Shown here in pieces: positions 41,001 to 50,566 of a stretch of 64,000 nt of DNA; position 1 is the stretch's first letter, and each line of letters opens with the position of its first letter. The notes under the pieces are model-generated. The model did not search any database. It was not told the DNA's origin and saw nothing but the letters and a program-made list of their open reading frames with translations. A program made the translations under genes and the position numbers. The DNA comes from Nitrospinaceae bacterium. Lineage in GTDB: Bacteria; Nitrospinota; Nitrospinia; Nitrospinales; Nitrospinaceae. The DNA is taken from NCBI GenBank assembly GCA_965237905.1, contig OZ250172.1:2144001-2208000 (forward strand), read 5' to 3'.

Positions 41001-41274
41001 GAATGAAGAAGCATTGAAAAGCGCGCTGTTCAGTTACCGGGGCCGGGGTGATCCGCGGGAAGTGATCGGAGCCGCTATCCGTTATGAAATGGTGAATCCC
41101 GGCGATATCCATTTTCAATTCATCATGGCGGAAATTTACGTGAAAACTTTGAATTGCCAGAAGGCAGTCCCCTACCTCGAAAAAATTCTGAAAACGGACG
41201 ATACTTATCCTAAGGCGCAAAAATTGATGGACCATTGTCAGAGAAATATAGAGGAGAGCGTACCGTTGCCTTGA
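38047..41274 (+). CDS. Fused membrane domain / spermidine-synthase-like SAM domain / TPR protein
   Basis: SGITALVYEIIWTR and YSINTLGA TM repeats; ICFGTGQT, DGRNFL, YDVI, LYTKDFY; C-terminal TPRs; start uncertain. Confidence 0.88.
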   Translation: MTTPAQPSRLVYLYFFISGITALVYEIIWTRQLTLVFGHTVYSVSIVLSAFMAGLGFGSYVWGHMIDRAVAKQEETPPLLVYGRIEILIFAASAVLSLIFSEFHVVYAWMHRWLPESPALFNAVKAVLAFLLMFIPTTFMGATLPIISKYYVTDNTRLGTQIGYLYSINTLGAAVGCVLTGFIFISTFGVLQTALFASCVNLIIGIGCIRIYQEEHPGEKVPWRLPKIEWPSMTLSAEQKKWMGISFVCGFTALAYEVLWTRLLVFSIASTVYSFSLMLAVFLLGIGIGSLVVVPLMARVSSLRTVLIALQAGIGVYVLFTLFSMESLLSAPWNSYNLTNPGKTFLHYFKDSATLMLLPALLFGMNFPVLIKLAAGGHEHVGRGTGQIYSANTLGAIFGSLVAGFVLLPWLGTEKSLIVVATLNLLMVPLLFGTGNYATPMLRRGVAGVTVAAVLALNMLLPGDLLDRFFMRDSAGKRDLSRLLYFEEGLTDTVAVFEDEYGILDPTAKRLITNGISMSASNVIATRYMKLFAHVPILLSENPKDVMVICFGTGQTTGAAGIHPRVGQVDSLELSPSVLNAASSFHIENHDVMDNPKVNFVVQDGRNFLLTTQKQYDVITGEPPPPRTAFTVNLYTKDFYEAALSRLKPGGIMAQWIPLHSQSAEEVDMHFKTFLSVFPHAIAWMSVANEILIIGSDQPITIDFKKLKERMAEPAVAQALRDIYIPDVYSLLSNIWFLEKEMQRLAEGRPLITDNRPRIEFYLNYGKVIGSAGLERLVFNRTPVGEVLRRISGMEYEDQKRFKQQYRAMGLYQRGVMYSNRGLLLEAVRLSGNSDLPRYHLQAGRDLIERLLAQHKQEPDNLDLLLNLGHAFYQIGEYARSAEYLEQGLAREPRQGVAQLYLGYNLMELERWSEARERLETAAKNDPRQLRTIMREIALIELRGKAREKPEDLDLLNALAQFYNMKNDYGKSLEYSNRVLENDPMNEEALKSALFSYRGRGDPREVIGAAIRYEMVNPGDIHFQFIMAEIYVKTLNCQKAVPYLEKILKTDDTYPKAQKLMDHCQRNIEESVPLP

Positions 41275-41299
41275 TGAGAGGCCTTGGATGGCCGTAGTG

Positions 41300-42409
41300 T
41301 CAGGAGATTTTGCGGCGGGTTTGAGCGACTTGTTGGGAGGAATCGGAGAATTGTTGTGTGATGGCGACCATCTCCGGAAGCAGAGTCATAAAAACAAGAA
41401 GAATATGGGGATCAAATAATTTTCCGCTCTGATTTTCCATTTCCGCAACCGTATTTTCAACCGACCAGGCTTCTTTATAAGGCCGGTCGCTGGTCAGGGC
41501 GTCGAAGACATCACACACCGTCACAATCCGTGATACCAGGGGAATTTCCTCTTCCTTCAGGCCCCTGGGGTAGCCGCTACCGTCCCATCGTTCGTGGTGG
41601 GAGCCGGCGATGATTTCCGCCATTTGCAGGAACTCCGATTCACTTCCCGATAAAATCAGCGCGCCGATATCCGCATGGGTTTTCATGACAGCCCATTCTT
41701 TCAAGGTAAGCTTCCCGGGTTTAAGGAGGATATGGTCGGGAATGCCGATTTTCCCAATGTCGTGCATGGGGCTGGCATGACGAATGAGGTGGCATTCATG
41801 ATCGCTCAGTCCCAGGCCCCGGGCCAGGCGCTCGCACAGTTTGCTGATACGTATAACGTGCATGCCGGTTTCGTTGTCGCGGTATTCCGCCGCCCGGGCC
41901 AGACGGTGGATGATTTCCACCTGGTATTGGCGCAGTTCCTGGGAGCTCTCCACGACCTGAGTTTCGAGTGATTTTTTATCATCGTGAAGGCAGTTGTGCA
42001 ACATCCGGACTTCCAGGAGATTGTTGATCCGGGCCAGCATTTCTTCCATGATAAAGGGCTTGTTGACAAAATCCTTGGCGCCCGCCTGGATCGCTTTCAA
42101 CCGGGTTTCGCTGTCCAATTGTGCCGTGAGCACCAGAATCGGAAGGTAGCTTTCCTTTTCCATGGTTCTGAGGGCATTCATGACATCGAATCCGCTGAAT
42201 CCGGGCATTTTGATATCCAGAAGAATCAGGTCCGGGCGCATGGATTGATAGATTTTCGGGGTCGAGCGGCTGTCTGTAGTGGAAGTGATGTTCTGATAAC
42301 CGACAGCATTCAACATCCTTTCCAGGATGTGGATGTTGCCCTGCTCATCATCAACGATCAAGATCTTGGCATCGGTGAATTTAGCGTCTCGGGATAACGA
42401 GGAAATCAT
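41300..42409 (-). CDS. Response regulator with HD-GYP domain (RpfG-like c-di-GMP phosphodiesterase)
   Basis: ILIVDD, DLILLD, KPF; HDIGK, HHERWDGSGYP, RPYK. Confidence 0.93.
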   Translation of the reverse strand: MISSLSRDAKFTDAKILIVDDEQGNIHILERMLNAVGYQNITSTTDSRSTPKIYQSMRPDLILLDIKMPGFSGFDVMNALRTMEKESYLPILVLTAQLDSETRLKAIQAGAKDFVNKPFIMEEMLARINNLLEVRMLHNCLHDDKKSLETQVVESSQELRQYQVEIIHRLARAAEYRDNETGMHVIRISKLCERLARGLGLSDHECHLIRHASPMHDIGKIGIPDHILLKPGKLTLKEWAVMKTHADIGALILSGSESEFLQMAEIIAGSHHERWDGSGYPRGLKEEEIPLVSRIVTVCDVFDALTSDRPYKEAWSVENTVAEMENQSGKLFDPHILLVFMTLLPEMVAITQQFSDSSQQVAQTRRKIS

Positions 42410-42707
42410 AAACTGATCGGGCCAGCGATTAATAAAGCTGTAATAATTTCTCGAGCAACTCACCCAAGATAAAAATTACCATGAATCTCAATGTGATGAT
42501 TCATGCTAATCGAAAAATCACACCTCGTCAATCCTGTTGGATGTTAGTTCAATAAACTCAATTAGTTAAATTTTTAGCGCACTTAGGGATATTTGAGACG
42601 TTGATTCAACCCCCTTAAACCCCCCTAAAAACAGTGATTTATGGGAGGCAAAAATTAACCAAGGGAGGTTTTAAAAATTAGCTGATTTCAACAGTTTATG
42701 AGGGGGT

Positions 42708-43925
42708 TTATGAGGTGAGCCTTAAAAACATACTTTTAACTGCCCGATAACTATTGACCAGAAACGCCTCTAGCTTGGAACGCCAATAGGATCGGGTATC
42801 GAATAGTTTATCGTGGGTCTCGAACAGTAATTTCGGAATTTCTAATTTTTCAGGGCATTTGGGCAGACAATCACCGCACTCGGTACAGGCCGAAGCGAAG
42901 TTTCCAGGGAACCAGTGGCCCTTGCCGCCCAGCATATTGTAGCGGTACTTCCCGTAAGTCTGCATGTCATAGCCCTCCAGCAGGTTGCGAAACCGGAGCA
43001 CCTCGGGGATGTTGATGTTCTCCGAACAGGGCAGGCACTCACTGCAGTATGTGCAAAAATCCGTAATGGAATGGGCGGCGTTATCCAGGGTGGCCTTTAC
43101 CCCCGCATCCTCCTGGGAAAAATAATCGTCGCCATTCAGCATGGCAAGGTTCTGATCGAAATGTTCCGGCGCGTGCATGCCCAGAGTTAGGGTGGTGACC
43201 TGCGGATGACTCAGGCAGAAGCGCCCGTTGAACTGAACGGCGGTCAGGGGATGGCTCAGCTCCTTTAGCTTGTCGGACGGGTTCCACAACTGTCCGCCCT
43301 TGTCGTTGGGAGAAATGATGAGGATGCCCAGGTCTTTTTCCTCTGCCAACTCTATTGCAGGCCGGTTCCGTTGGAAAAAATAATAGTAATGCAGATTGAC
43401 GAAACTGAACAGGTCCGTGCGGATGGCCTTTTCAATGATGGACAAAGGGGCGTGGGTGGAGAACCCGATATGGCGGATCAAGCCTTCCTCCCGCAGGCGG
43501 TGCAGGGTTTCCACCGGGCCGCCGGTTGCCACCGCCGCTTGCAAACGCTCTTCATTATTAATACCGTGCCAGCCGTAAAAATCGATGTGGTCCAGTTGCA
43601 GGGCTTCCAGTTGTTGTTCCACCAGCGCGCGGGTTTCGTCGCCGGTCATGGGTGAGCCCTTGGTCATCATTTTGAACTGATCGCGCGGGGTTCCCAGTTC
43701 CTTCAGAACCTTGCCATACAGGTGCTCGCTTTTGACATAGCCGTAGGCGGTTTCAATATGGTTGATGCCCACCTCGAAAGCCAGACGGGTGGTTTCCAGG
43801 CAATTTTGAAGCGCCGCTTTGGGAAGCCAGGTCCGCGGCGGAGTCCAGCCGTACTTGAACCGCATGCCTCCCAGGGTGAGGACCGAAATCATCTCCACCG
43901 TTTTGCCGAACCGCCGGTACTCCAT
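42708..43925 (-). CDS. Aldo/keto reductase with C-terminal 4Fe-4S dicluster
   Basis: YRRFGKT, ETAYGY, IGFSTH; CTYCSECLPC and CTECGDCLPKCP; alternative start at 43979. Confidence 0.9.
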   Translation of the reverse strand: MEYRRFGKTVEMISVLTLGGMRFKYGWTPPRTWLPKAALQNCLETTRLAFEVGINHIETAYGYVKSEHLYGKVLKELGTPRDQFKMMTKGSPMTGDETRALVEQQLEALQLDHIDFYGWHGINNEERLQAAVATGGPVETLHRLREEGLIRHIGFSTHAPLSIIEKAIRTDLFSFVNLHYYYFFQRNRPAIELAEEKDLGILIISPNDKGGQLWNPSDKLKELSHPLTAVQFNGRFCLSHPQVTTLTLGMHAPEHFDQNLAMLNGDDYFSQEDAGVKATLDNAAHSITDFCTYCSECLPCSENINIPEVLRFRNLLEGYDMQTYGKYRYNMLGGKGHWFPGNFASACTECGDCLPKCPEKLEIPKLLFETHDKLFDTRSYWRSKLEAFLVNSYRAVKSMFLRLTS

Positions 43926-44239
43926 CGGCGGATGTTTGGGTGTGGGGCGAGTCGATATTTCAGAAGAGAGTCGGGTCATGAGTTCCGCCAAGCGTTCAAA
44001 AGAATTGATTTTACCATGCTAGGGAAGAAAGGGATTGCCGTCAATCACCGCGGGTAGTGTGCCGGAAAGAGGGTTGGAAAAGCCAATGAAATCATAGTAC
44101 TCTAGCCTCTGTAACCTGATCCCACCTGACTGTTTCAGTTGGATTATTTTTAGTTCTTCCGCCATTTCTGTAAGGAATCATCTTGAGCACCTTTCGTTTT
44201 CCTATGCAAACCTCTCTTAAGATGAAAGGAAGAGAACTT

Positions 44240-45358
44240 ATGAAACCGCTCTGGTTTCCCAGTTTAAAACTTTCAATTCTTCCATTCATCGTGTTGGCTT
44301 GGGTTGTGACCTCTGCGTGTTCATCGCAAGTAGACTCTGAGGAGAAAGGTCAGACGAAGACCGAGAAGCCGTCAAAAGGTCAGGCGCTGATCGATGCAGC
44401 ATCCAATGGCGACGCGGCCCGTGTGAAATCTCTGCTGGCCCAAGGCGCCGATGTTAATTATCAAACGGTTTTTGGCGAAAGGGCTTTGGGAAAGGCGGCC
44501 TGGAATGGGTATGTGGCTGTGGTGAAAATACTACTGGCTGAGGGAGCTGAGGTCAATTATCTAAAGAGAGGCGTCTGGAGTGCCTTGAGGTATGCGGCTC
44601 GGAAAGGCCATGTGGAGGTGGCGAAGATACTGCTGGCACAAGGTGCCGAGATTGACCTTCGAGGAGATGATGGCATGATGCGACTAGATGATGGCATGAC
44701 GCCACTAATGGAGGCGTCATTATATGGTCATGAGGAGATGGTCAAGTTATTGCTGGCAGAGAAGGCTAAAGTTAACCTTCAAAACAAATACGGCGGGACG
44801 GCCTTGATGGTGGCTTCCTCGGAGGGGCATACGGCGGTGTTGAAGATGTTGCTGGATCAGGGTGCTGAGATTAATCGTATTGCTAAAAGTGGCGGGAACG
44901 CCTTGATGAGAGCGTCTTGGTCGGGGCATACGGCGGTGGTGAAGATGTTGCTGGCTCATGGTGCCGAGGTTAATCATAATAACAAGGATAATTATACGGC
45001 CTTGCATAATGCTTCTAGAAATGGGCATACCGAGGTGGTGAAGATACTGTTGGCCCAAGGTGCCGATATCAACCATCAAGATAAACGTGGCGATATGGCT
45101 TTATTTCAAGCGTGTTTCAGCGGACATGAGGCGGTGGTGAAGATACTGTTGGCCCAAGGTGCTGAGATCAACCATCAGGGCCAACTTGACCAGACGGCCT
45201 TGATGATGGCCTCTTCACGAGGGTACTTGGCTGTGGTTAAGATGTTGCTGGCTCACGGTGCCGAGGTCAATCATCGTGCCACATTTGGTAAAACAGCGCT
45301 TGGTATGGCGAAAACCAAAGACATTGCTCAACTGCTGAAAGCGGCCGGGGCCAAGTGA
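44240..45358 (+). CDS. Ankyrin-repeat lipoprotein
   Basis: Lipobox TSAC; about nine 33-aa repeats (TAL..AS..GH..VVK.LLA.GAEVN). Confidence 0.93.
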   Translation: MKPLWFPSLKLSILPFIVLAWVVTSACSSQVDSEEKGQTKTEKPSKGQALIDAASNGDAARVKSLLAQGADVNYQTVFGERALGKAAWNGYVAVVKILLAEGAEVNYLKRGVWSALRYAARKGHVEVAKILLAQGAEIDLRGDDGMMRLDDGMTPLMEASLYGHEEMVKLLLAEKAKVNLQNKYGGTALMVASSEGHTAVLKMLLDQGAEINRIAKSGGNALMRASWSGHTAVVKMLLAHGAEVNHNNKDNYTALHNASRNGHTEVVKILLAQGADINHQDKRGDMALFQACFSGHEAVVKILLAQGAEINHQGQLDQTALMMASSRGYLAVVKMLLAHGAEVNHRATFGKTALGMAKTKDIAQLLKAAGAK

Positions 45359-46617
45359 AAATGTCGTCCTTTCGTTTCATCCATTGTTCCGATCTGCATA
45401 TCGACAGCCCGTTCAAGGGATTCTCCGCGATTCATCCGGAGTGGGCCCTGCGTCTGCGCGAGGCGCCCCTGCAATCGTTTTTGAATATCGTCGACCTGGC
45501 GGTTCGGGAACAGGTGGACGCCGTCATCATTGCGGGCGACGTATTTGACGGCGAGGACAAAAGTCTGCAGGCGCAGTTCAAGTTCCGGCGCGGACTGCAA
45601 AGGCTGTCCGATCACGGCATCCCTTCTTTTATCGCGCACGGCAATCACGACCCGCTCAACACCTGGTCCACCACTTTGCAATGGCCGGAGGGAGTGACGG
45701 TGTTTCCCGGCTCCGGTGTGCAATCCGTTCCGGTAATGAAAGAGGGCCAAACGTTGGCGCACATTTATGGCACCAGTTTTCCCGAACGGGATGTGTTTGA
45801 CAACCTGACGCTACAGTTCGAGCGACAACAGGATTCGGGTTTCGCGGTGGCGGTTTTGCATGCCAACGTGGGAGGTCATCCGGACCATGATCCTTACGCG
45901 CCTTGTTCGGTGGACGATCTGGTGGCGCGGGGAATGGATTACTGGGCGCTGGGTCATATCCATCTGCGCGAGGTGTTGCGCGAGAGCCATCCGGCGATCG
46001 TGTACTGCGGCAATTCGCAGGGCCGGCACTTCAAGGAATCCGGTCCTCGAGGCTGTTGCCTGGTGACTTTGAAGGAGGGCGCGTTACCCGATATCCAGTT
46101 TCTGGCGACCGATACCATCCGTTTTGTCGAAAGCGCCGTGGACGTGTCCTCTTGTGCCTCGCTGGACGCCGTGGTGGAGGAGATTGTCCGCCAGTGTCAA
46201 ACACTTTTGGATCAGGCCGAAGGCCGGAGCCTGGTGGTCCGCCAGACTTTGATCGGACGCACGGAAGTTCATACGCTTCTGCGCAAGGGGGGGACATTGG
46301 AAAGTTTGCGGGAAGAAGCGTTCCAAAGTTTTTCAGACCGGGGCGCCGGCCTGTGGCTGGAGTTCCGTCTGCAAACCCGCGGGGCGTACGATGTCGACGC
46401 CCTGAAACAGGGCAAGGACTTTATCGCGGATTTGATTGCCCTGTATGACGATAAGACGGCTCCAGGGGCTCTCCCGGAATGCCCGGAATCTCTTAAAACA
46501 CTGTTTCGATCCTGGGAAGGCGGTTACCTGCTTTCGGAATTGACCGATGACGAACTACGGGAGATTTTATTCCAGGCCCGCAACCTGACTCTTGATATGT
46601 TGGTGAACCGTGACTGA
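45355..46617 (+). CDS. Mre11/SbcD-like metallophosphoesterase (YhaO-like)
   Basis: SDLHID, AGDVFD, GNHD, LH, ALGHIH. Confidence 0.92.
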   Translation: MKMSSFRFIHCSDLHIDSPFKGFSAIHPEWALRLREAPLQSFLNIVDLAVREQVDAVIIAGDVFDGEDKSLQAQFKFRRGLQRLSDHGIPSFIAHGNHDPLNTWSTTLQWPEGVTVFPGSGVQSVPVMKEGQTLAHIYGTSFPERDVFDNLTLQFERQQDSGFAVAVLHANVGGHPDHDPYAPCSVDDLVARGMDYWALGHIHLREVLRESHPAIVYCGNSQGRHFKESGPRGCCLVTLKEGALPDIQFLATDTIRFVESAVDVSSCASLDAVVEEIVRQCQTLLDQAEGRSLVVRQTLIGRTEVHTLLRKGGTLESLREEAFQSFSDRGAGLWLEFRLQTRGAYDVDALKQGKDFIADLIALYDDKTAPGALPECPESLKTLFRSWEGGYLLSELTDDELREILFQARNLTLDMLVNRD

Positions 46618-46648
46618 ATGTTAATTTTGCAACCGACCTGAAGACTTC

Positions 46649-49357
46649 ATGCAAATTCGAGAAATCCATATAGAGCGTTTTGGTAAATTTTCGCACTGCC
46701 GTGTGGTTCCGGTATCGCCGGGGCTGAACGTGGTTTACGGCAGGAACGAGTTCGGCAAGACCACCTTGTTGGAATTCATACGCTGGGTATTATTCGGGTT
46801 CGAAAAAAAGCGGAAGGGAATGAATTCCTACGCGCCGGTGACCGGTGGCGAGCATTCGGGAAAGCTGATGTGTGAAATGGTCAATGGGGAGCGGATTTTT
46901 ATTTCGCGCACCGGAGGCACTCTGGAAGGCCAGGTGACAGTTCAGGCGGCGGACCGGGAGGGTGCGGGTCAGGCTCACCTCGAATCGTTTCTCGGGCATG
47001 CGTCTCGAAAAATATTCAAAAATATTTACGCCTTCGCGTTGGATGAGTTGCAGGATTTGGATTCACTCATGGAAGAAGAGATCAAAAACAAAATCCTGGG
47101 CGCCGGGATGGGCCTGGGCCAGGTGTCGCTGAACGAAGTAGAGAAAGAGATTCGCGAACAACGGGATGAGATGTTTAAACTCCGGGGCTCCAACCCCGTC
47201 ATGAATCAAGGGTACCGGGAAATCAAAAAGCGGGAGGAAGAACTTCGCTCCCGGTTCAACGAAGTGGATCAGTATGATGAGTTGAATAAAAAGATCGAGG
47301 CTCTGGAGCAGACTCGTAAGAAAGGGGAATCTGATAGTGAACAGTTGGAATCGCGCCGGCGGACTCTGGAGGTGAGACGCGAAGTGTTCGTCGATTTTAT
47401 CGACCTCCAGGACCAGACCACGCGACAGAAAGAACTGGCCGGGGTTCCCGCAATGGAAGAAGAGAGCATGCTGGTATTTGAAAAGGTCCAGACCAAAATT
47501 GAGGACTTGAACCCACGGTTGGAAGAGGAGAAGGGCAAGCTTCATCAACTGAAACTCAGGCGGGATCCTATTATCGTTAACCAATCCCTGCTCGACCGGG
47601 AAACCGAGGTCATGCAACTGCGTCAACTCACTGGGGTGGTTCGGTCCGCGCAGGTGGACAAACATGAGGTCTTACAGGAACGGGATCAACTGAAAGAAAA
47701 AATCCGTTCGGAAATTGATGGCATTAACCGGGATTGGGATGAAGGCCATGCTCTTGCCCTGGAATGGGTCGATGCTGAAAAGCAGTTCGTTGAAAAACAG
47801 GAACAAGCTTTATTGCATTCGGAACAATTTGTTGAGAATGTCAAGAATCGGCTGGAGCTTCATCAGGAACAACTCGTTACGGACAACGCCCAGCCGAATG
47901 ATTTTCCGCAGGGCATCCGTGTGTCTTCCTGGTTTTTGATGGGAATAGGAGTGCTGGGTGCCGGCTTTGCTTTGTTCTCGGCCAATATGGAACTGGGGAT
48001 TTTTATGGGGCTGATGCTGGCCGCCGGGATCGGTCTTTATGCCTGGGCATCCTTCAGCCGTCCGGAGGGCGAAAAGGAGGATCTGCTGGACAATCTTTTG
48101 CGGGGCAAATTGGAAAAAGCGGAAAATGATCTGGAAGCGGAGCAGGAGGTCTGGAGGCAATGGGTGGAAGACAAGGGGCTCGACCCGGAGACATCCATCG
48201 CTCTATTCAAGGAGATTCAAATCCGCGTGCGCGCCGTCAAGGAGTGGGTGCACCAGAAACAGAATCTGGATGAACGTATTGAGCGGATGAGAAAAAAGGA
48301 AGAGGAGGCGGAGGCATTGGTTGCCGCTCTTTCAGAATGTGTCAGCGAGGTGTACTTGACGAAAGATGTGTTGGTCAATATCGATGTGTTGTCCAAACAC
48401 TTTGATGAAGCCCGGGAGGATTTCGGTAAATGCAAAGACCTGGATGGCCAAATCAATGAGCAGACCGGGCGCATAGAAGGAATCGCTGCTCAACTGGAAA
48501 GCCAGCAGGAGTTGTTGGGTCATTTACTTCAGTCGGCAAAAGTAGACAGTGAGGAGAGTTTTCTCCTTCAGTGGGATAAGGCACAGGAAAAAAGTGCGCT
48601 GGGAAAATCCATTCGGGAAATTCAAACGAGAATTCAAACGCGGGTGGGGCTGGGAGAGGCGTATCAGAGGTTCATGGAATCCATGCAGGATACCGATCCC
48701 GAACAATTGGAGCAGGAGTTGGCGGATGTGTTGTCACGGTTGAATAGTGTTCATGAAGAGCAGAACCGGGTGAACCAGGAGATCGGGCAATTCCGGGGCG
48801 AAGCCGCGCAGCTGGCTTCGCGGGAAGATCTGGTTCGCCTGCACAATGAATTGGAATCCAAAAAAGAGCAATTGATGAATGGAGCCCGCGAATGGGCGAC
48901 GTTGACATTGGCGCTGGACATGCTCGATCAAGCCAAGGCGCGATATGAGAAAACCCGGCAACCTCAGGTGTTCCAGGCGGCGGGCCGAATGTTTTCCCAG
49001 ATCACCGACGGCAATTATCAGGGGGTGGAAAAACCTCTGGAGAGCGATGAATTCCGGATTGTGCAAGGGAACGGGGGATTCAAAAGCCCGGTGCAACTCA
49101 GCCGGGGCACCCGGGAACAGTTGTATTTGTCCATGCGCTTCGGTTTGATCGAGGATTATGAAACCCGCGCCGAGCCGTTACCCATTGTGATGGACGATGT
49201 GTTCGTCAATTTTGACGACACCCGGCGTGAACATGTTCTGGACATTTTGCGGGATTTTGCCCGGGACCGGCAGGTGATCATCCTTTCCTGCCACGAGCAT
49301 TTGGTGGAAACCTATTTAAAATATGGCGCAAAACAGGTTGAGTTGCAGAAGGAATAA
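46649..49357 (+). CDS. SMC/Rad50-like ATPase with internal TM hairpin (YhaN-like)
   Basis: GRNEFGKTT, coiled coil, two TM helices, LSRGTREQLYL, MDDVFVNFD, SCH. Confidence 0.92.
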   Translation: MQIREIHIERFGKFSHCRVVPVSPGLNVVYGRNEFGKTTLLEFIRWVLFGFEKKRKGMNSYAPVTGGEHSGKLMCEMVNGERIFISRTGGTLEGQVTVQAADREGAGQAHLESFLGHASRKIFKNIYAFALDELQDLDSLMEEEIKNKILGAGMGLGQVSLNEVEKEIREQRDEMFKLRGSNPVMNQGYREIKKREEELRSRFNEVDQYDELNKKIEALEQTRKKGESDSEQLESRRRTLEVRREVFVDFIDLQDQTTRQKELAGVPAMEEESMLVFEKVQTKIEDLNPRLEEEKGKLHQLKLRRDPIIVNQSLLDRETEVMQLRQLTGVVRSAQVDKHEVLQERDQLKEKIRSEIDGINRDWDEGHALALEWVDAEKQFVEKQEQALLHSEQFVENVKNRLELHQEQLVTDNAQPNDFPQGIRVSSWFLMGIGVLGAGFALFSANMELGIFMGLMLAAGIGLYAWASFSRPEGEKEDLLDNLLRGKLEKAENDLEAEQEVWRQWVEDKGLDPETSIALFKEIQIRVRAVKEWVHQKQNLDERIERMRKKEEEAEALVAALSECVSEVYLTKDVLVNIDVLSKHFDEAREDFGKCKDLDGQINEQTGRIEGIAAQLESQQELLGHLLQSAKVDSEESFLLQWDKAQEKSALGKSIREIQTRIQTRVGLGEAYQRFMESMQDTDPEQLEQELADVLSRLNSVHEEQNRVNQEIGQFRGEAAQLASREDLVRLHNELESKKEQLMNGAREWATLTLALDMLDQAKARYEKTRQPQVFQAAGRMFSQITDGNYQGVEKPLESDEFRIVQGNGGFKSPVQLSRGTREQLYLSMRFGLIEDYETRAEPLPIVMDDVFVNFDDTRREHVLDILRDFARDRQVIILSCHEHLVETYLKYGAKQVELQKE

Positions 49358-49366
49358 GGAAAAGGT

Positions 49367-49399
49367 TTGACAACGAATGAATATTTCATTTATTATTCA
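49367..49399 (+). promoter_or_regulatory. Sigma70 promoter of the TetR gene with overlapping palindromes (candidate operator)
   Basis: TTGACA-18-TATTAT; AATGAA-N3-TTCATT and TGAATA-N10-TATTCA. Confidence 0.6.
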
Positions 49400-49410
49400 C
49401 TAACTAACCT

Positions 49411-50022
49411 ATGGGACACTCCAAAATGAGCACAGGCGATTTGACAGCTGAAGATATCAAAAGCTTGATTTTGGAGAAGGCCATAGACCGCTTTATCCGG
49501 TACGGATTTGGAAAAACCACCATGGTGGAAATAGCCAAGGACTGCGGTATGTCCGCCGGCAATCTGTACCGGTATTTCGAAAGCAAATTCGATATCGGCG
49601 TGGGAGTGGCCCAGCAATATATTTCCAAAGCCGAGAAAATTCTAAGCGACGTGCTCCAGCGGCCGGGCCTGAAGCCTGCCCAGCGGTTGGAGGCTTTTGT
49701 TCTGGAAAAACTGAAGTTCATGCACAGTCATATCATCGACCAGTCTAATGTGCAGGACCTGGTCAACTACATCCTGGATGAACGTTGGGACTTGGTGGAA
49801 CGCCACCGGGATGTTCAGAATGCTCTCATGTCCGAAATCCTTTCCGAAGGCAACCGTGCTGGTGCATTCAAAGTCGCCGATGTGGCTCAGACCGCCAATG
49901 CGATTTATGCCATGACCACCAAATTCCGTCTGCCGCACTTCATCAAGAACATAACTTTGGAAGAGCTGGAGCAAGAAGCGAAAGAGGTTGTGGACTTGAT
50001 GATCCAAGGGTTGAAAGGGTAA
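49411..50022 (+). CDS. TetR/AcrR-family transcriptional regulator
   Basis: GFGKTTMVEIAKDCGMSAGNLYRYFESK HTH. Confidence 0.95.
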   Translation: MGHSKMSTGDLTAEDIKSLILEKAIDRFIRYGFGKTTMVEIAKDCGMSAGNLYRYFESKFDIGVGVAQQYISKAEKILSDVLQRPGLKPAQRLEAFVLEKLKFMHSHIIDQSNVQDLVNYILDERWDLVERHRDVQNALMSEILSEGNRAGAFKVADVAQTANAIYAMTTKFRLPHFIKNITLEELEQEAKEVVDLMIQGLKG

Positions 50023-50142
50023 CCCGTTCGTTCTTGCTGAGTCGTTGGGTCGTACATTATTGATAAAAAAGGGTTTCAATTTTTGGAATCCCGGTTATCC
50101 TATCAAATATCGAATAGTTGAATTTTCTGAATTGGGAGAAGA

Positions 50143-50556
50143 ATGATGAAAGCTAAATTTTTATGGATTGTCTCGTTGGGATTCGTCCTGATATCCTTAC
50201 CCGCCTGTTTCAGTCATCCAACCAATGCAGGCCGGGATGGCAACGCGACCAATTTGACGGTCGGTAAAGTTCAGGGCGAAATTAAGGAAGGCATGCCCGC
50301 CTCCGATGTTGCGGCCATTCTGGGGTCGCCCAATATTGTGACCACCGATGAAAAACGCCGAGAAGTCTGGATTTACGATAAAGTCTCTTCCAACCGTGTG
50401 GACACACGAAACTCCTTCGGGGGAGGTATTATTATCCTGGGGGGCAGTACCCGCCAGGCAGAAAGCACCAGTACTCAAAAGACTTTGACGATTATCATTA
50501 AATTTGATGAGATGAAAAGAGTGAGAGACTTTGCTTACAACTACACCCAATTCTAA
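50143..50556 (+). CDS. SmpA/OmlA (BamE-like) lipoprotein
   Basis: Lipobox LPAC; IKEGM...V..ILGSP, EVWIY, LTIIIKFDE..RV. Confidence 0.78.
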   Translation: MMKAKFLWIVSLGFVLISLPACFSHPTNAGRDGNATNLTVGKVQGEIKEGMPASDVAAILGSPNIVTTDEKRREVWIYDKVSSNRVDTRNSFGGGIIILGGSTRQAESTSTQKTLTIIIKFDEMKRVRDFAYNYTQF

Positions 50557-50566
50557 AATCCTTTCC

